From: Candidatus Aenigmatarchaeota archaeon
Lineage (GTDB): Archaea; Aenigmatarchaeota; Aenigmatarchaeia; QMZS01
Direction of reading: 5' to 3'
DNA: 31,619 nucleotides
Assembly (NCBI GenBank): GCA_021163805.1
Contig: JAGGTL010000056.1
Coordinates: 1-31,619, forward strand
Positions within the stretch are counted from its first letter, which is position 1, and each line of letters starts with the position of its first letter. Below, piece after piece: positions 7,792-16,371 of the stretch. Under the pieces are notes generated by a model, which worked only from the letters and a program-made list of their open reading frames with translations, did not search any database and was not told the DNA's origin. Both the position numbers and the translations under genes were made by a program.

Positions 7792-9156
7792 ATGTTCCGA
7801 AAAAAGTTTATTGACAGGAAGGAAGAACTTAGATTTCTTAACGATGCATATAACAAAAAAGGTTTTGAATTTATAGTAGTTTCTGGAAGAAGGAGAACAG
7901 GAAAAAGCAGATTATTAAAAGAATTTGTAAGAGGTAAAGAAAATATTTTTCTTCTTTGTGAAGATCGAAAATGGCAGGCAAATCTTACAAAATTTAATAA
8001 GGCAATTTCAAAATATTTCAATACTCCAAATCCGAATTTTAAAAGCTTTGCAGAATGCTTTGAGTTTATTAAAAATGAAATAAAAAAAAGAGTGGTTATT
8101 GTGATAGATGAATTTTCTTATTTGATTAAAAAAACAGATATTGTTGCGGAATTCCAGACAATTACTGATGAAATATTAATAGATAAAGATGTGATGCTGA
8201 TTCTTTCTGGTTCTGCCGTAAGTATGATGAACAAAAAGGTTTTAAGCTATAAGTCTCCATTGTACGGGAGGACGACTGGAAACATATTTTTACAACCCTT
8301 AAGATTCAGAGATTTGTCAAAATGGTTTAAATCATCTAATACAGAAGACTTGATTAAAATATATGGGGTCTGTGATGGAATTCCAAAATATCTGGAATTT
8401 TTCACTGGTAAAAACACAGAGAAAGAGATTATAAAAAATGTTTTTAATCCAAATTCTTTTTTATTTAGAGAACCAAAATTATTGCTAGAAGAAGAATTAA
8501 GAGAGCCAGAAACATATTTTCAAATCCTTGAAGCTGTTTCTTTAGGATACACCAAAGTTGTTGAAATAGCAAACTATAGTTATTTAGAAGCGAAAGATAT
8601 TTCTTCATATTTGTCTATTTTAATAGATCTTGGTTTTATAGAAAAAGAATATTCTATTCTGGATAAAAAAAGAACAAGAGGAATTTACAAAATGAAAGAT
8701 AATTTTTTTAATTTTTGGTTTAGATTTGTTTCAGATTATTTTGGAAAAATTGAGATTAATGAAACTGAAGAAGCAATACAAAATTTTAAGAAAAACTTCA
8801 ATATTTACTTGGGCTTTATCTTCGAAAAAATTTCAAAAGAATTCCTGATTGGAAACAAAAACAAATTGCCTTTTGAATTTCAGAAAATCGGAAGGTGGTG
8901 GCACAAAAATAAAGAAATTGATTTGATTGCCCTAAATAATAAAACAAAACAAATTGCCTTCTTTGAGGCAAAATGGAAGAATTTAAAAGAGAAAGAAGTG
9001 AAGAGGATTATAGAAGAATTAAAAGAAAAATCAAAATTTGTTGACTGGAACTTGGATAAGAGAAAAGAATTCTTTGGAGTGATCGGAAAGAAGATCGAGA
9101 ATAAAAAAGATTTGAGAAGAGAGGGTTTTCTAATTTTTGATTTGGAAGATTTTTGA
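7792..9156 (+). CDS. Archaeal P-loop ATPase (COG1672-like; ATPase + wHTH + DUF234/PD-(D/E)xK-like C-terminus)
   Basis: FIDRKEEL start, Walker A SGRRRTGKS, Walker B VIVIDEFSYL, LILSGSA, SPLYGR, DNFFNFWFRFV, and C-terminal GRWWHKNKEIDLIAL...FFEAKWK. Start is set at M57 of the listed ORF. Confidence 0.9.
   Translation: MFRKKFIDRKEELRFLNDAYNKKGFEFIVVSGRRRTGKSRLLKEFVRGKENIFLLCEDRKWQANLTKFNKAISKYFNTPNPNFKSFAECFEFIKNEIKKRVVIVIDEFSYLIKKTDIVAEFQTITDEILIDKDVMLILSGSAVSMMNKKVLSYKSPLYGRTTGNIFLQPLRFRDLSKWFKSSNTEDLIKIYGVCDGIPKYLEFFTGKNTEKEIIKNVFNPNSFLFREPKLLLEEELREPETYFQILEAVSLGYTKVVEIANYSYLEAKDISSYLSILIDLGFIEKEYSILDKKRTRGIYKMKDNFFNFWFRFVSDYFGKIEINETEEAIQNFKKNFNIYLGFIFEKISKEFLIGNKNKLPFEFQKIGRWWHKNKEIDLIALNNKTKQIAFFEAKWKNLKEKEVKRIIEELKEKSKFVDWNLDKRKEFFGVIGKKIENKKDLRREGFLIFDLEDF
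9134..9155 (+). repeat. 22-bp direct repeat copy 2, covering the last codons of the ATPase gene
   Basis: Identical to 7727..7748. Confidence 0.7.
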
Positions 9157-9175
9157 AATCAAAGGATTTCAAAAA
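9150..9175. terminator. Perfect 11-bp stem, 4-nt loop hairpin over the ATPase stop codon (terminator-like or recombination site)
   Basis: TTTTTGAAATC-AAAG-GATTTCAAAAA read directly. The role is inferred. Confidence 0.35.
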
Positions 9176-9331
9176 GATCAACTAACAAAATAACTTGCGT
9201 GAAAGAAAAAGCATTTCCGGTATGATGAATATGAAAAAACTGGAGAAAGGAACCGGAACGGAGAAAATAAAGCAATTCTCTTATATAAGGAATGAAATTC
9301 TTTAGTTTCTAAAAAATAATAGACCTAATTT

Positions 9332-10468
9332 ATGGAATTGATAGACAGAGTAAAAAAAATTCTGGAAAAATATGAGATTTGCAATGAGTGTCTTGGAAGA
9401 CAATTCCATGACATACTCCCGAGAATTAAAAACAGAGAGAAAGGAAAAATTCTCAGAACTTATGCAATAATAAATTCGATTTATAAAAAGGAGGAGATTA
9501 AAATTAAAAAAACCGAAAAGTGTTATCTTTGCGGCAATATATTTAACAAAATTGATTTTTATATCGAAGAAGTAAAAAAGAAACTGAAAAATTACGAATA
9601 TAAAACATTTCTAATTGGTTCAAAAATCCCGCCGGAATTAATTTCAAAAGAAGAGGAATTCTGGGAAGAAAACGGAGTGGATTTCTGCGAAGCGATTAAA
9701 TCAAGTTTTAATAGAGAAGTGGGGTATAATTTAAAAAGAATGACAAAGAAACAAATAACCTTCGAAAATCCCGATATAATGGCTATTGTTGATATTGAAA
9801 AAAACAAAGTGGATTTGCAGATATCTCCTCTTTATATCAAAGGGGGATACAAAAAGAATACGACAAAAGGAAAAGTTCAAAAAATAATTGAAAATCTCCT
9901 GATTAAAAAAACCGGAGCAAGCGAATCAATATTTTACTCGGTTGGCAGGCTCGAAAGGAATGTAAAAACAAATTGCTACAGGCCATTTGTTATAATGTTG
10001 AGAAATCCGAAAAAAAGACGGATTGGACTGAAAAAAACAAGACAAGAAATAAACAAAATGAAATCTCTTTCTGTTTCTACTTTGAGTTATTCAGACAAGG
10101 AATCTATTGAAAAAATGAAAATGGAAAAAATAACAGCTTCCTATTTGGTAACTCTTAAGTTTGACAATAATCTCAAAAAAGAAGAAATTAAAAGAATCAG
10201 AAAAAAACTACTGGGTTTAAGAAATAAAAGAATTTTGCAATATTTAAAGAAAAAAATCAGAAAACCGTATATCAGAAGATTGAAGATTAAAATCGGTGGA
10301 AAAAATCTGACGCTTGATATTGAAAGCACGGTTGGTTTTTCCATCAATTCTTTTCTCGGAGGAAAAAGCAAACCAAATCTAAAAAAATTGATTGAAAGGG
10401 ATTTCAAAATAAAGGAAATTGTCCTGAAAAAATATAGAAAAATGAAAACTCATGAGATGTATTCTTAA
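9332..10468 (+). CDS. pus10: Pus10-like protein (Zn/THUMP + degenerate pseudouridine synthase domain), catalytic Asp absent
   Basis: CNECLGRQF and CYLCGN Zn ligands, TFLIG, IKSSFNREVG, PDIMAIVD, PLYIKGGYKK and RPFVIMLRNPKKR are collinear with Pus10. The GREDxD motif reads GRLERN. Confidence 0.82.
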   Translation: MELIDRVKKILEKYEICNECLGRQFHDILPRIKNREKGKILRTYAIINSIYKKEEIKIKKTEKCYLCGNIFNKIDFYIEEVKKKLKNYEYKTFLIGSKIPPELISKEEEFWEENGVDFCEAIKSSFNREVGYNLKRMTKKQITFENPDIMAIVDIEKNKVDLQISPLYIKGGYKKNTTKGKVQKIIENLLIKKTGASESIFYSVGRLERNVKTNCYRPFVIMLRNPKKRRIGLKKTRQEINKMKSLSVSTLSYSDKESIEKMKMEKITASYLVTLKFDNNLKKEEIKRIRKKLLGLRNKRILQYLKKKIRKPYIRRLKIKIGGKNLTLDIESTVGFSINSFLGGKSKPNLKKLIERDFKIKEIVLKKYRKMKTHEMYS

Positions 10469-10572
10469 TTCTCCAATTCTCTCTTAAATCTTCTCAAAGT
10501 GTTTGGCAATTGGTCTGGTCTGACTTTCAGAAATTTTGCTGTTTCCCTCAAAATTTTCAGTTTTTTTTGCAT
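10465..10572 (-). CDS. 35-aa micro-protein resembling the helical segment of archaeal AlaRS between the editing and C-Ala domains
   Basis: Read from the reverse strand: MQKKLKILRETAKFLKVRPDQLPNTLRRFKRELEN*. There is an in-frame stop two codons upstream of the ATG, and the stop shares TTAA with the pus10 stop. Confidence 0.6.
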   Translation of the reverse strand: MQKKLKILRETAKFLKVRPDQLPNTLRRFKRELEN

Positions 10573-10624
10573 AAATTATATTGAATGGATTAAATACTGT
10601 TAAAAAATAAATAAAAACTGAAAA

Positions 10625-10676
10625 TTACTATATAGTAAAAAATATATTTTTCATCACCGAAAACTATATATAGTTT
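10625..10676. promoter_or_regulatory. Two related perfect palindromes (TTACTATATAGTAA 10625-10638; AAACTATATATAGTTT 10661-10676) in a divergent promoter region
   Basis: Both are self-complementary and share ACTATA...TAGT arms. They lie between the micro-ORF (-) and the gene at 10706 (+). Confidence 0.45.
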
Positions 10677-10705
10677 AAAAATACTATTATATTGTGGTGA
10701 TTAAA

Positions 10706-11278
10706 ATGGCAGAATCAAATATTATAAATCCTTCGGAAAATATAACTTCAAAAGAAATGTTGGCTACAAGACCCATTGTACAAACCATATCTTTTGCGGA
10801 CTTCTTAAATAAGTATTCAATAGATGGCGGGGATGCTACTAATTGGTTTTATGGTGAAAGGAGAACAGAAAATGGAAAAATTATCGAAATGCCTGGAATA
10901 ATTGATCGAATAGAAGATTCGAATACCCCCTGGTTGGATTTTCCATTATTGCTTATATCTCCATTTTTGATTTATGCTGCTACGAAAGAAGGTAATTTTA
11001 GATTAACAAGTCAAGTACTCGCAGATACTGCAAGATATGCCGGTATAACCCAATTAGCATCACCTCCCTCAATGTCGTTATTATCCCGGCTTCCATTTAT
11101 GTATATTAGTGGTGGAGGATACAGACAAATAACTCCGCCAGAATATGAAAAAAAAATAGAAGAACTTTCAAAAAAAGTAGACGATCTTACTGATCAATTA
11201 ACAGAAAGTAAAGAGTATATCAAACAATTAAAAGAATATTTGTCAAAATCAACAACTTATCCTGGAATGTATGTTTAA
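10706..11278 (+). CDS. Hypothetical protein with C-terminal coiled coil
   Basis: 190-aa ORF with an archaeal SD-like GGTGA at 10696-10700 before ATG 10706 and a heptad-like YEKKIEELSKKVDDLTDQL. No family recognised. Confidence 0.75.
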   Translation: MAESNIINPSENITSKEMLATRPIVQTISFADFLNKYSIDGGDATNWFYGERRTENGKIIEMPGIIDRIEDSNTPWLDFPLLLISPFLIYAATKEGNFRLTSQVLADTARYAGITQLASPPSMSLLSRLPFMYISGGGYRQITPPEYEKKIEELSKKVDDLTDQLTESKEYIKQLKEYLSKSTTYPGMYV

Positions 11279-11287
11279 CTTGCATTT

Positions 11288-11923
11288 TTATTTCTTTACA
11301 AAACTTCTTCGTGATATATATCCAACACCTAATGATTTTTCCAGTTCTTTTTTTCTTTCCAATAATCTCTTTTTTTCTAATTCTGCTTGCGTAATGGCTG
11401 CCTGAACTCCCTGATATGCAGTAAAAAATTCTCCCTCGGGTGCCAACCCTTTATCTGCATATTCATCCTTTATTCTCTCCAGATCTTTTTTTTGTTTTTT
11501 TAATCTCTTTATCTCTTCTTCCTTAAGAGCAATTTCTTCGTCTATATATTTGAGATTATATTTTCTTTCTCCAAAATATCCCGCATACCTTGATATGCTC
11601 CTCATTTTTTTCCAATCTATAAGTCTTATAAAAAAGAAATAGGCAAGTCCAAATAACAAAAACAAAGAGAGATAAGACATAGAAAAACTCGCTATCATTC
11701 CATAAATTCCCGTATAAATAAGCACAATATAAAAAACAATTGCAAGGAGTGCGTGTATTTTTAAACCTATTCCCTTCAAAAAGGAACCTGTCATTATATA
11801 CAAAAAAATAATCAAAATCACCGATGGAACAAGCAAATATTCGATCAATAATTCATCAATTGGCATTGAATAACAAGTTGCTCCCAATTTGAACAAAGTG
11901 CAAATAATTTCCTGAACAGCCAT
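11288..11923 (-). CDS. Hypothetical membrane protein (3-4 TM) with C-terminal coiled coil
   Basis: Hydrophobic segments in the N-terminal half and a charged helical tail (EEEIKRLKKQKKDLERIK). ATG 11923 preferred. Confidence 0.75.
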   Translation of the reverse strand: MAVQEIICTLFKLGATCYSMPIDELLIEYLLVPSVILIIFLYIMTGSFLKGIGLKIHALLAIVFYIVLIYTGIYGMIASFSMSYLSLFLLFGLAYFFFIRLIDWKKMRSISRYAGYFGERKYNLKYIDEEIALKEEEIKRLKKQKKDLERIKDEYADKGLAPEGEFFTAYQGVQAAITQAELEKKRLLERKKELEKSLGVGYISRRSFVKK

Positions 11924-12080
11924 AATTGTAATTGACAAAAGAATATATAAACCAATTTTTTAAAATTAAAAACTTATATTGGGAAAAATATTGCAACCCT
12001 TGCCATTGGAAAAAAGGTTGTTAACTTACATATACAATAACTTAAAATTTAAAAATAAATAAATATGGGTGTTTTCATAA

Positions 12081-13316
12081 ATGCAAAAAGAAGAAATTTT
12101 TAAAATTGTTGAAAAACAAAATAAATGGAGGTCTGAATGTCTGAATCTTATAGCAAGCGAAAATATAACTTCTCCAGAACATGATAAAGTTTATGTTTCT
12201 GATTTTATGCACAGATATGCGGAGGGTCTGCCTTTTAAAAGATATTATCAGGGAGCAATTTACATAGACGAATTGGAGAGCAAAGCCGTAGAACTTGCAA
12301 AAGATGTTTTCCACGCCAAATACGTTGATTTGAGACCAATTTCTGGAGCAATGGCAAATATGGCCGTTTTCTCGGCTTTAGGGGATTATGGCTCTGTCCT
12401 TTTAAGCCCGGGAGTCCTTGGAGGTTCGCATATATCTCATGAGAAATTTGGCGTCGCTGGAATATTGGGATTGAAAACAGAACACGCCATTTTCGATAAA
12501 AAAGAATATAATATAGATACAGATGCAACAATTAAAAAAATCAGAGAAGTAAAACCAAAAATTGTTGTGCTTGGAGGTTCAGTAATTCTATTTCCTCACC
12601 CTGTTTCAGAGTTCAGAAAAGTTTGCGATGAAGTTGGAGCAAAACTTATTTATGATGCCGCACATGTTCTTGGATTGATTGGCGGAAGAAAATTTCAGGA
12701 TCCTTTAAAGGAGGGAGCAGAAATAATTTCTTCGTCAACTCACAAAACTTTCCCCGGTCCTCAAGGAGGAATAATTCTTTCAAACAGCGATGAAAAAACA
12801 TTCAAAAAAATCCAGTCTAAAATATTTCCAGGACTGATTTCAAATCACCATCTGCACAGAATACCTTCAATGATGATTGCCGCACTTGAAATTAAAGAAT
12901 TTGGAGAGGATTACGCAACCCAGACAATAAAAAACGCAAAGGCTCTTGGCAGAGCAATGTATGAATATGGTTTTGATGTTCTCTGCCCGGATAAAGATTT
13001 TACAGAATCGCATCAAATTCTCGTTGATGTCAGAAAAAATGGTGGCGGAAAAAAGGTTGCTTCAACTCTTGAAAAGGCGAACATAATTTTAAACAAAAAC
13101 ATCCTCGCGTTTGATGATGTTAATAATTCGGATGATCCTTCCGGGCTGAGAATAGGTGTTCAGGAAATGACGAGGTATGGAATGAAAGAATCTGAAATGA
13201 AATATATCGCAGAATTGATGAAAAAAATTGTTATGGATGGAAAAAATCCGGAGAGTGTAAGAGAAGAAGTAATCGAATTCAGAAAAAAATTCCAGAAAAT
13301 CCATTATTGTTTTTAA
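12081..13316 (+). CDS. glyA: Serine hydroxymethyltransferase (archaeal type)
   Basis: LNLIASEN, YAEGLPFKRYYQG, YDAAHVLGLI, PLP-lysine motif SSTHKTFPGPQGG, PSGLRIG. Confidence 0.97.
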   Translation: MQKEEIFKIVEKQNKWRSECLNLIASENITSPEHDKVYVSDFMHRYAEGLPFKRYYQGAIYIDELESKAVELAKDVFHAKYVDLRPISGAMANMAVFSALGDYGSVLLSPGVLGGSHISHEKFGVAGILGLKTEHAIFDKKEYNIDTDATIKKIREVKPKIVVLGGSVILFPHPVSEFRKVCDEVGAKLIYDAAHVLGLIGGRKFQDPLKEGAEIISSSTHKTFPGPQGGIILSNSDEKTFKKIQSKIFPGLISNHHLHRIPSMMIAALEIKEFGEDYATQTIKNAKALGRAMYEYGFDVLCPDKDFTESHQILVDVRKNGGGKKVASTLEKANIILNKNILAFDDVNNSDDPSGLRIGVQEMTRYGMKESEMKYIAELMKKIVMDGKNPESVREEVIEFRKKFQKIHYCF

Positions 13317-13362
13317 AATGAAATAGATTCTATTATATATTTTTTTAATGCAATATTATTTA

Positions 13363-15024
13363 ATGGAGTTTGATAAGTTATTGCTAAAAAGATATGTTCT
13401 TGATAACTCTACCAGATATAATGGGATACCGAATTTAGAATCCATACTGGGAAGAATTGTTATCGACAATCCGGAATTAAAAAAAGAAATAAAAGGATTG
13501 AGAAAAGTTCTTGAAAAAATTATTTCAGAAGTTGAAGAAATGAAATTAGAAGAACAGAAAGAAGAATTGGAACAACTTGGTGGTCCGATTAAAAAAGTAC
13601 ATGAAGAAGAAAAAGAGATGATTCCTTTGCTCAAAGTAAAACATGATTTTGTTGTCAGGTTCGCTCCAAACCCAAACGGGCCTTTACATCTTGGAAATGC
13701 AAGGCAGGCTGTTGTTAACTGGCTGTATCGAAACATTTACAAAGGCACTTATATTTTGAGATATGATGATACCGATCCAAAAAACAAAATTCCGATGAAA
13801 GAAGCTTATAAATGGATTCTTGAAGATTTAGAGTGGCTCAAAATAAAACCAGATAAAATTTATTATTCTTCGAAAAGATTGAATATTTATTATAAATATT
13901 TCAGAAAATTATTAGAACTCGGAAAAGCTTATGTATGTACTTGCGATAGAGAAGAATTTAAAAAATTGAGAGAAAAATCAAAACCTTGCCCTTGCAGGGA
14001 GTTAAGCATCAGGAAACAAATAAACCGATTTGAAAAAATGTTAAATCACAATTTCAAAGAAGAAGAAGCTGTTGGAAGAATAAAAACAGACCTGAAAGAT
14101 AAAAATGTTTCTGTTAGAGACTGGCCCGCTCTAAGAATTATAGATAAACCAAAGCATCCTCTAGTCAAAGGAAAATATGTGTGGCCTCTTCTCGATTTTG
14201 CTTCAGCAATAGATGATCATTTGATGGGAGTGACTCATATAATCAGAGGGGTGGATCTGCAACTTTCAAGAAACAAACAACTTTATTTATATACTTATTT
14301 AAGATGGAAATATCCAATAATAAAATTGCAGGGTAAATTCAGTGTTGCAAATGCAGAACTTTCCAAAACAAAGATGAGAGAAGGAATAGAAAATGGAATT
14401 TATACGGGATATGATGATGTGAGGTTGCCAACCATAAAATCATTCAGAAGAAGAGGATATTATCCAGAAGCTCTTATCAATATGATTAAGGAAATAGGTC
14501 CAAAGATAAGAGATGTTACCGTATCTGAAGAATATATTGCAAGTTTTAACAGAAAATTGTTGGACCCCTTGGCGAACAGATATTTTTTTGTCAGAGACCC
14601 AGTCCAGATTAAAGTTATAAATCCGCCAAAAGATACTTCGGTTAAATTACCTTTGCATCCAGATTATCCAGACAGAGGTTTTAGAGAATTAAAAATTTCA
14701 AGCACCTTTTATATTTCAAAAGAAGACTTTTTAAATTACAGGGGAAAAATTGTCAGGTTGATCGGTTTATACAATATAAGACTTGATAGAAAAGCTCAGT
14801 TTTTGGGAAAACAACTCTTGCCTTATCCAAAAATTCAATATGTTCCGGAAAAAGGAGTTGATATGAAGATTTTGCTTCCAGATAACACTCTTGCGAGAGG
14901 TCTTGCAGAAAAAGATATAACAAAATTGAAACCAAAAGAAAGAATTCAGTTGCAGAGATTCGGATTTGTTTATTTAGATGTTGTTAGAAAAGATTACATT
15001 TATGGTTACTATATTCACAATTAA
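13363..15024 (+). CDS. gltX: Glutamate--tRNA ligase (archaeal type)
   Basis: VRFAPNPNGPLHLGNAR (HIGH motif), LRYDDTDP, YVCTC/CPCR, DDHLMGVTHIIRG, LSKT (KMSKS equivalent), IQLQRFGF. An alternative start at 13348 is possible. Confidence 0.96.
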   Translation: MEFDKLLLKRYVLDNSTRYNGIPNLESILGRIVIDNPELKKEIKGLRKVLEKIISEVEEMKLEEQKEELEQLGGPIKKVHEEEKEMIPLLKVKHDFVVRFAPNPNGPLHLGNARQAVVNWLYRNIYKGTYILRYDDTDPKNKIPMKEAYKWILEDLEWLKIKPDKIYYSSKRLNIYYKYFRKLLELGKAYVCTCDREEFKKLREKSKPCPCRELSIRKQINRFEKMLNHNFKEEEAVGRIKTDLKDKNVSVRDWPALRIIDKPKHPLVKGKYVWPLLDFASAIDDHLMGVTHIIRGVDLQLSRNKQLYLYTYLRWKYPIIKLQGKFSVANAELSKTKMREGIENGIYTGYDDVRLPTIKSFRRRGYYPEALINMIKEIGPKIRDVTVSEEYIASFNRKLLDPLANRYFFVRDPVQIKVINPPKDTSVKLPLHPDYPDRGFRELKISSTFYISKEDFLNYRGKIVRLIGLYNIRLDRKAQFLGKQLLPYPKIQYVPEKGVDMKILLPDNTLARGLAEKDITKLKPKERIQLQRFGFVYLDVVRKDYIYGYYIHN

Positions 15025-15105
15025 TTAAAATATAATCATAAAAGCAAGAGATTTTCCAATCAAGGCAGAGTTTCGGAATGTTCGGATAAAATTTTTCAAA
15101 TATAA

Positions 15106-16371
15106 ATGAGGATATTAATTATGGTCCTGCTATTCAATCTTGGAGTTTTAGATTTAGTTCAGTTGTTTTGCTATTATGTAATGCTTTATTGCACTCTCCT
15201 TTGGCTGTTGGTTTTTTTTAAAAACAGAGCGCATTTTTCCAAAGAAACTAAAACTAAGATAAAAAAATATCCTTCAATAACATTTTTGGTTCCCGCATAT
15301 AATGAGGAGAAACATATAAAAAAGTATTTGACTTCGATTCTAAATTTAGATTATCCGAAAGACAAACTAAAAGTTATTTGCATAAATGATGGTTCAACAG
15401 ATAAAACTTTGGAGATTTGCAAATCAATAAAAGATAAGCGACTTAAAATTATAGATAAACCCAACACCGGAAAAGCAGATTCATTAAATTATGCATTAAA
15501 TTTTGTAGATACCGAATACATCGTTTCCATGGATGCGGATTCTTATCCAGAAAAAAATTATTTAAAGAATATTCTGCCTTACTTTAGTAAAAAAGATGTC
15601 GCCGCCGTCACTCCGGCGCTAAAAGTAAAAGAAACAAAAACATTAATGCAAAAAATACAGTGGGTTGAGTATGTCTTCTCTATATATTTAAGAAAAATTT
15701 TTGCTTTTTTTGATTGTCAATATGTTCTTCCTGGTCCCGGTTCGATTTGCAAAACAGAAATTATTAGGGAAGTGGGAGGCTGGGATAAAGAAAGTCTGGT
15801 TGAAGATACGGAATTGGCATTTAAATTACATATAAAAGGTTATAGAATGGAAAACAGTCCAAAAGCTTATGTAAATACAGAAGCGCCGGAAACTTTCAGA
15901 GAATTATTCAAGCAGAGAATCAGATGGTATCGCGGATATCTGCAAACAAACAGGAAATATTTTCATATGATATTCAACATGAAATATGGCAATTTGGGTT
16001 TTTTTGTTCTGCCTGTCAATTTTATCTGGATATTTATACTGGGTGTTCTGTTTTTTTTGCCAATATACAATTTTGCAATAAATTTAAATGAATTTTTTTA
16101 TAGATATTCGCTGGTAGGTTTTACATGGCCAACTTTAAATATGACTTTTGATATAATTTATATAGATTTCTATATTTACTTCCTCGCTTTATTCTTTTCT
16201 CTAACTTTATCAGTAATATACATAGGTATAAAAATTTCTTCAGAGAAAATAAACTTGAAAACAAGAAAATGGCATTATATGGGTTATATTTTTATTTATC
16301 CCTTATTATTTTCTATTTTCTGGTTTTCAGCAATATTTTGCGAGATTTTCAGGTTAAAGAAAAAATGGTGA
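15106..16371 (+). CDS. Processive GT2 glycosyltransferase (cellulose synthase/PgaC-IcaA-like)
   Basis: LVPAYNEE, INDGSTD, GKADSLN, DADS (DxD), VEDTE and QRIRW (QxxRW) motifs, with N- and C-terminal TM helices. Confidence 0.92.
   Translation: MRILIMVLLFNLGVLDLVQLFCYYVMLYCTLLWLLVFFKNRAHFSKETKTKIKKYPSITFLVPAYNEEKHIKKYLTSILNLDYPKDKLKVICINDGSTDKTLEICKSIKDKRLKIIDKPNTGKADSLNYALNFVDTEYIVSMDADSYPEKNYLKNILPYFSKKDVAAVTPALKVKETKTLMQKIQWVEYVFSIYLRKIFAFFDCQYVLPGPGSICKTEIIREVGGWDKESLVEDTELAFKLHIKGYRMENSPKAYVNTEAPETFRELFKQRIRWYRGYLQTNRKYFHMIFNMKYGNLGFFVLPVNFIWIFILGVLFFLPIYNFAINLNEFFYRYSLVGFTWPTLNMTFDIIYIDFYIYFLALFFSLTLSVIYIGIKISSEKINLKTRKWHYMGYIFIYPLLFSIFWFSAIFCEIFRLKKKW

Noticed and set aside
8858-8960. 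15-bp repeat AAAACAAATTGCCTT at 8858-8872 and 8946-8960 inside the ATPase
   Set aside because: Short, A-rich, in different frames and only two copies, so plausibly chance.
9150-9175. Hairpin after the ATPase considered as an integron attC site
   Set aside because: It lacks the RYYYAAC/GTTRRRY core ends and typical length, and there is no integrase in the window.
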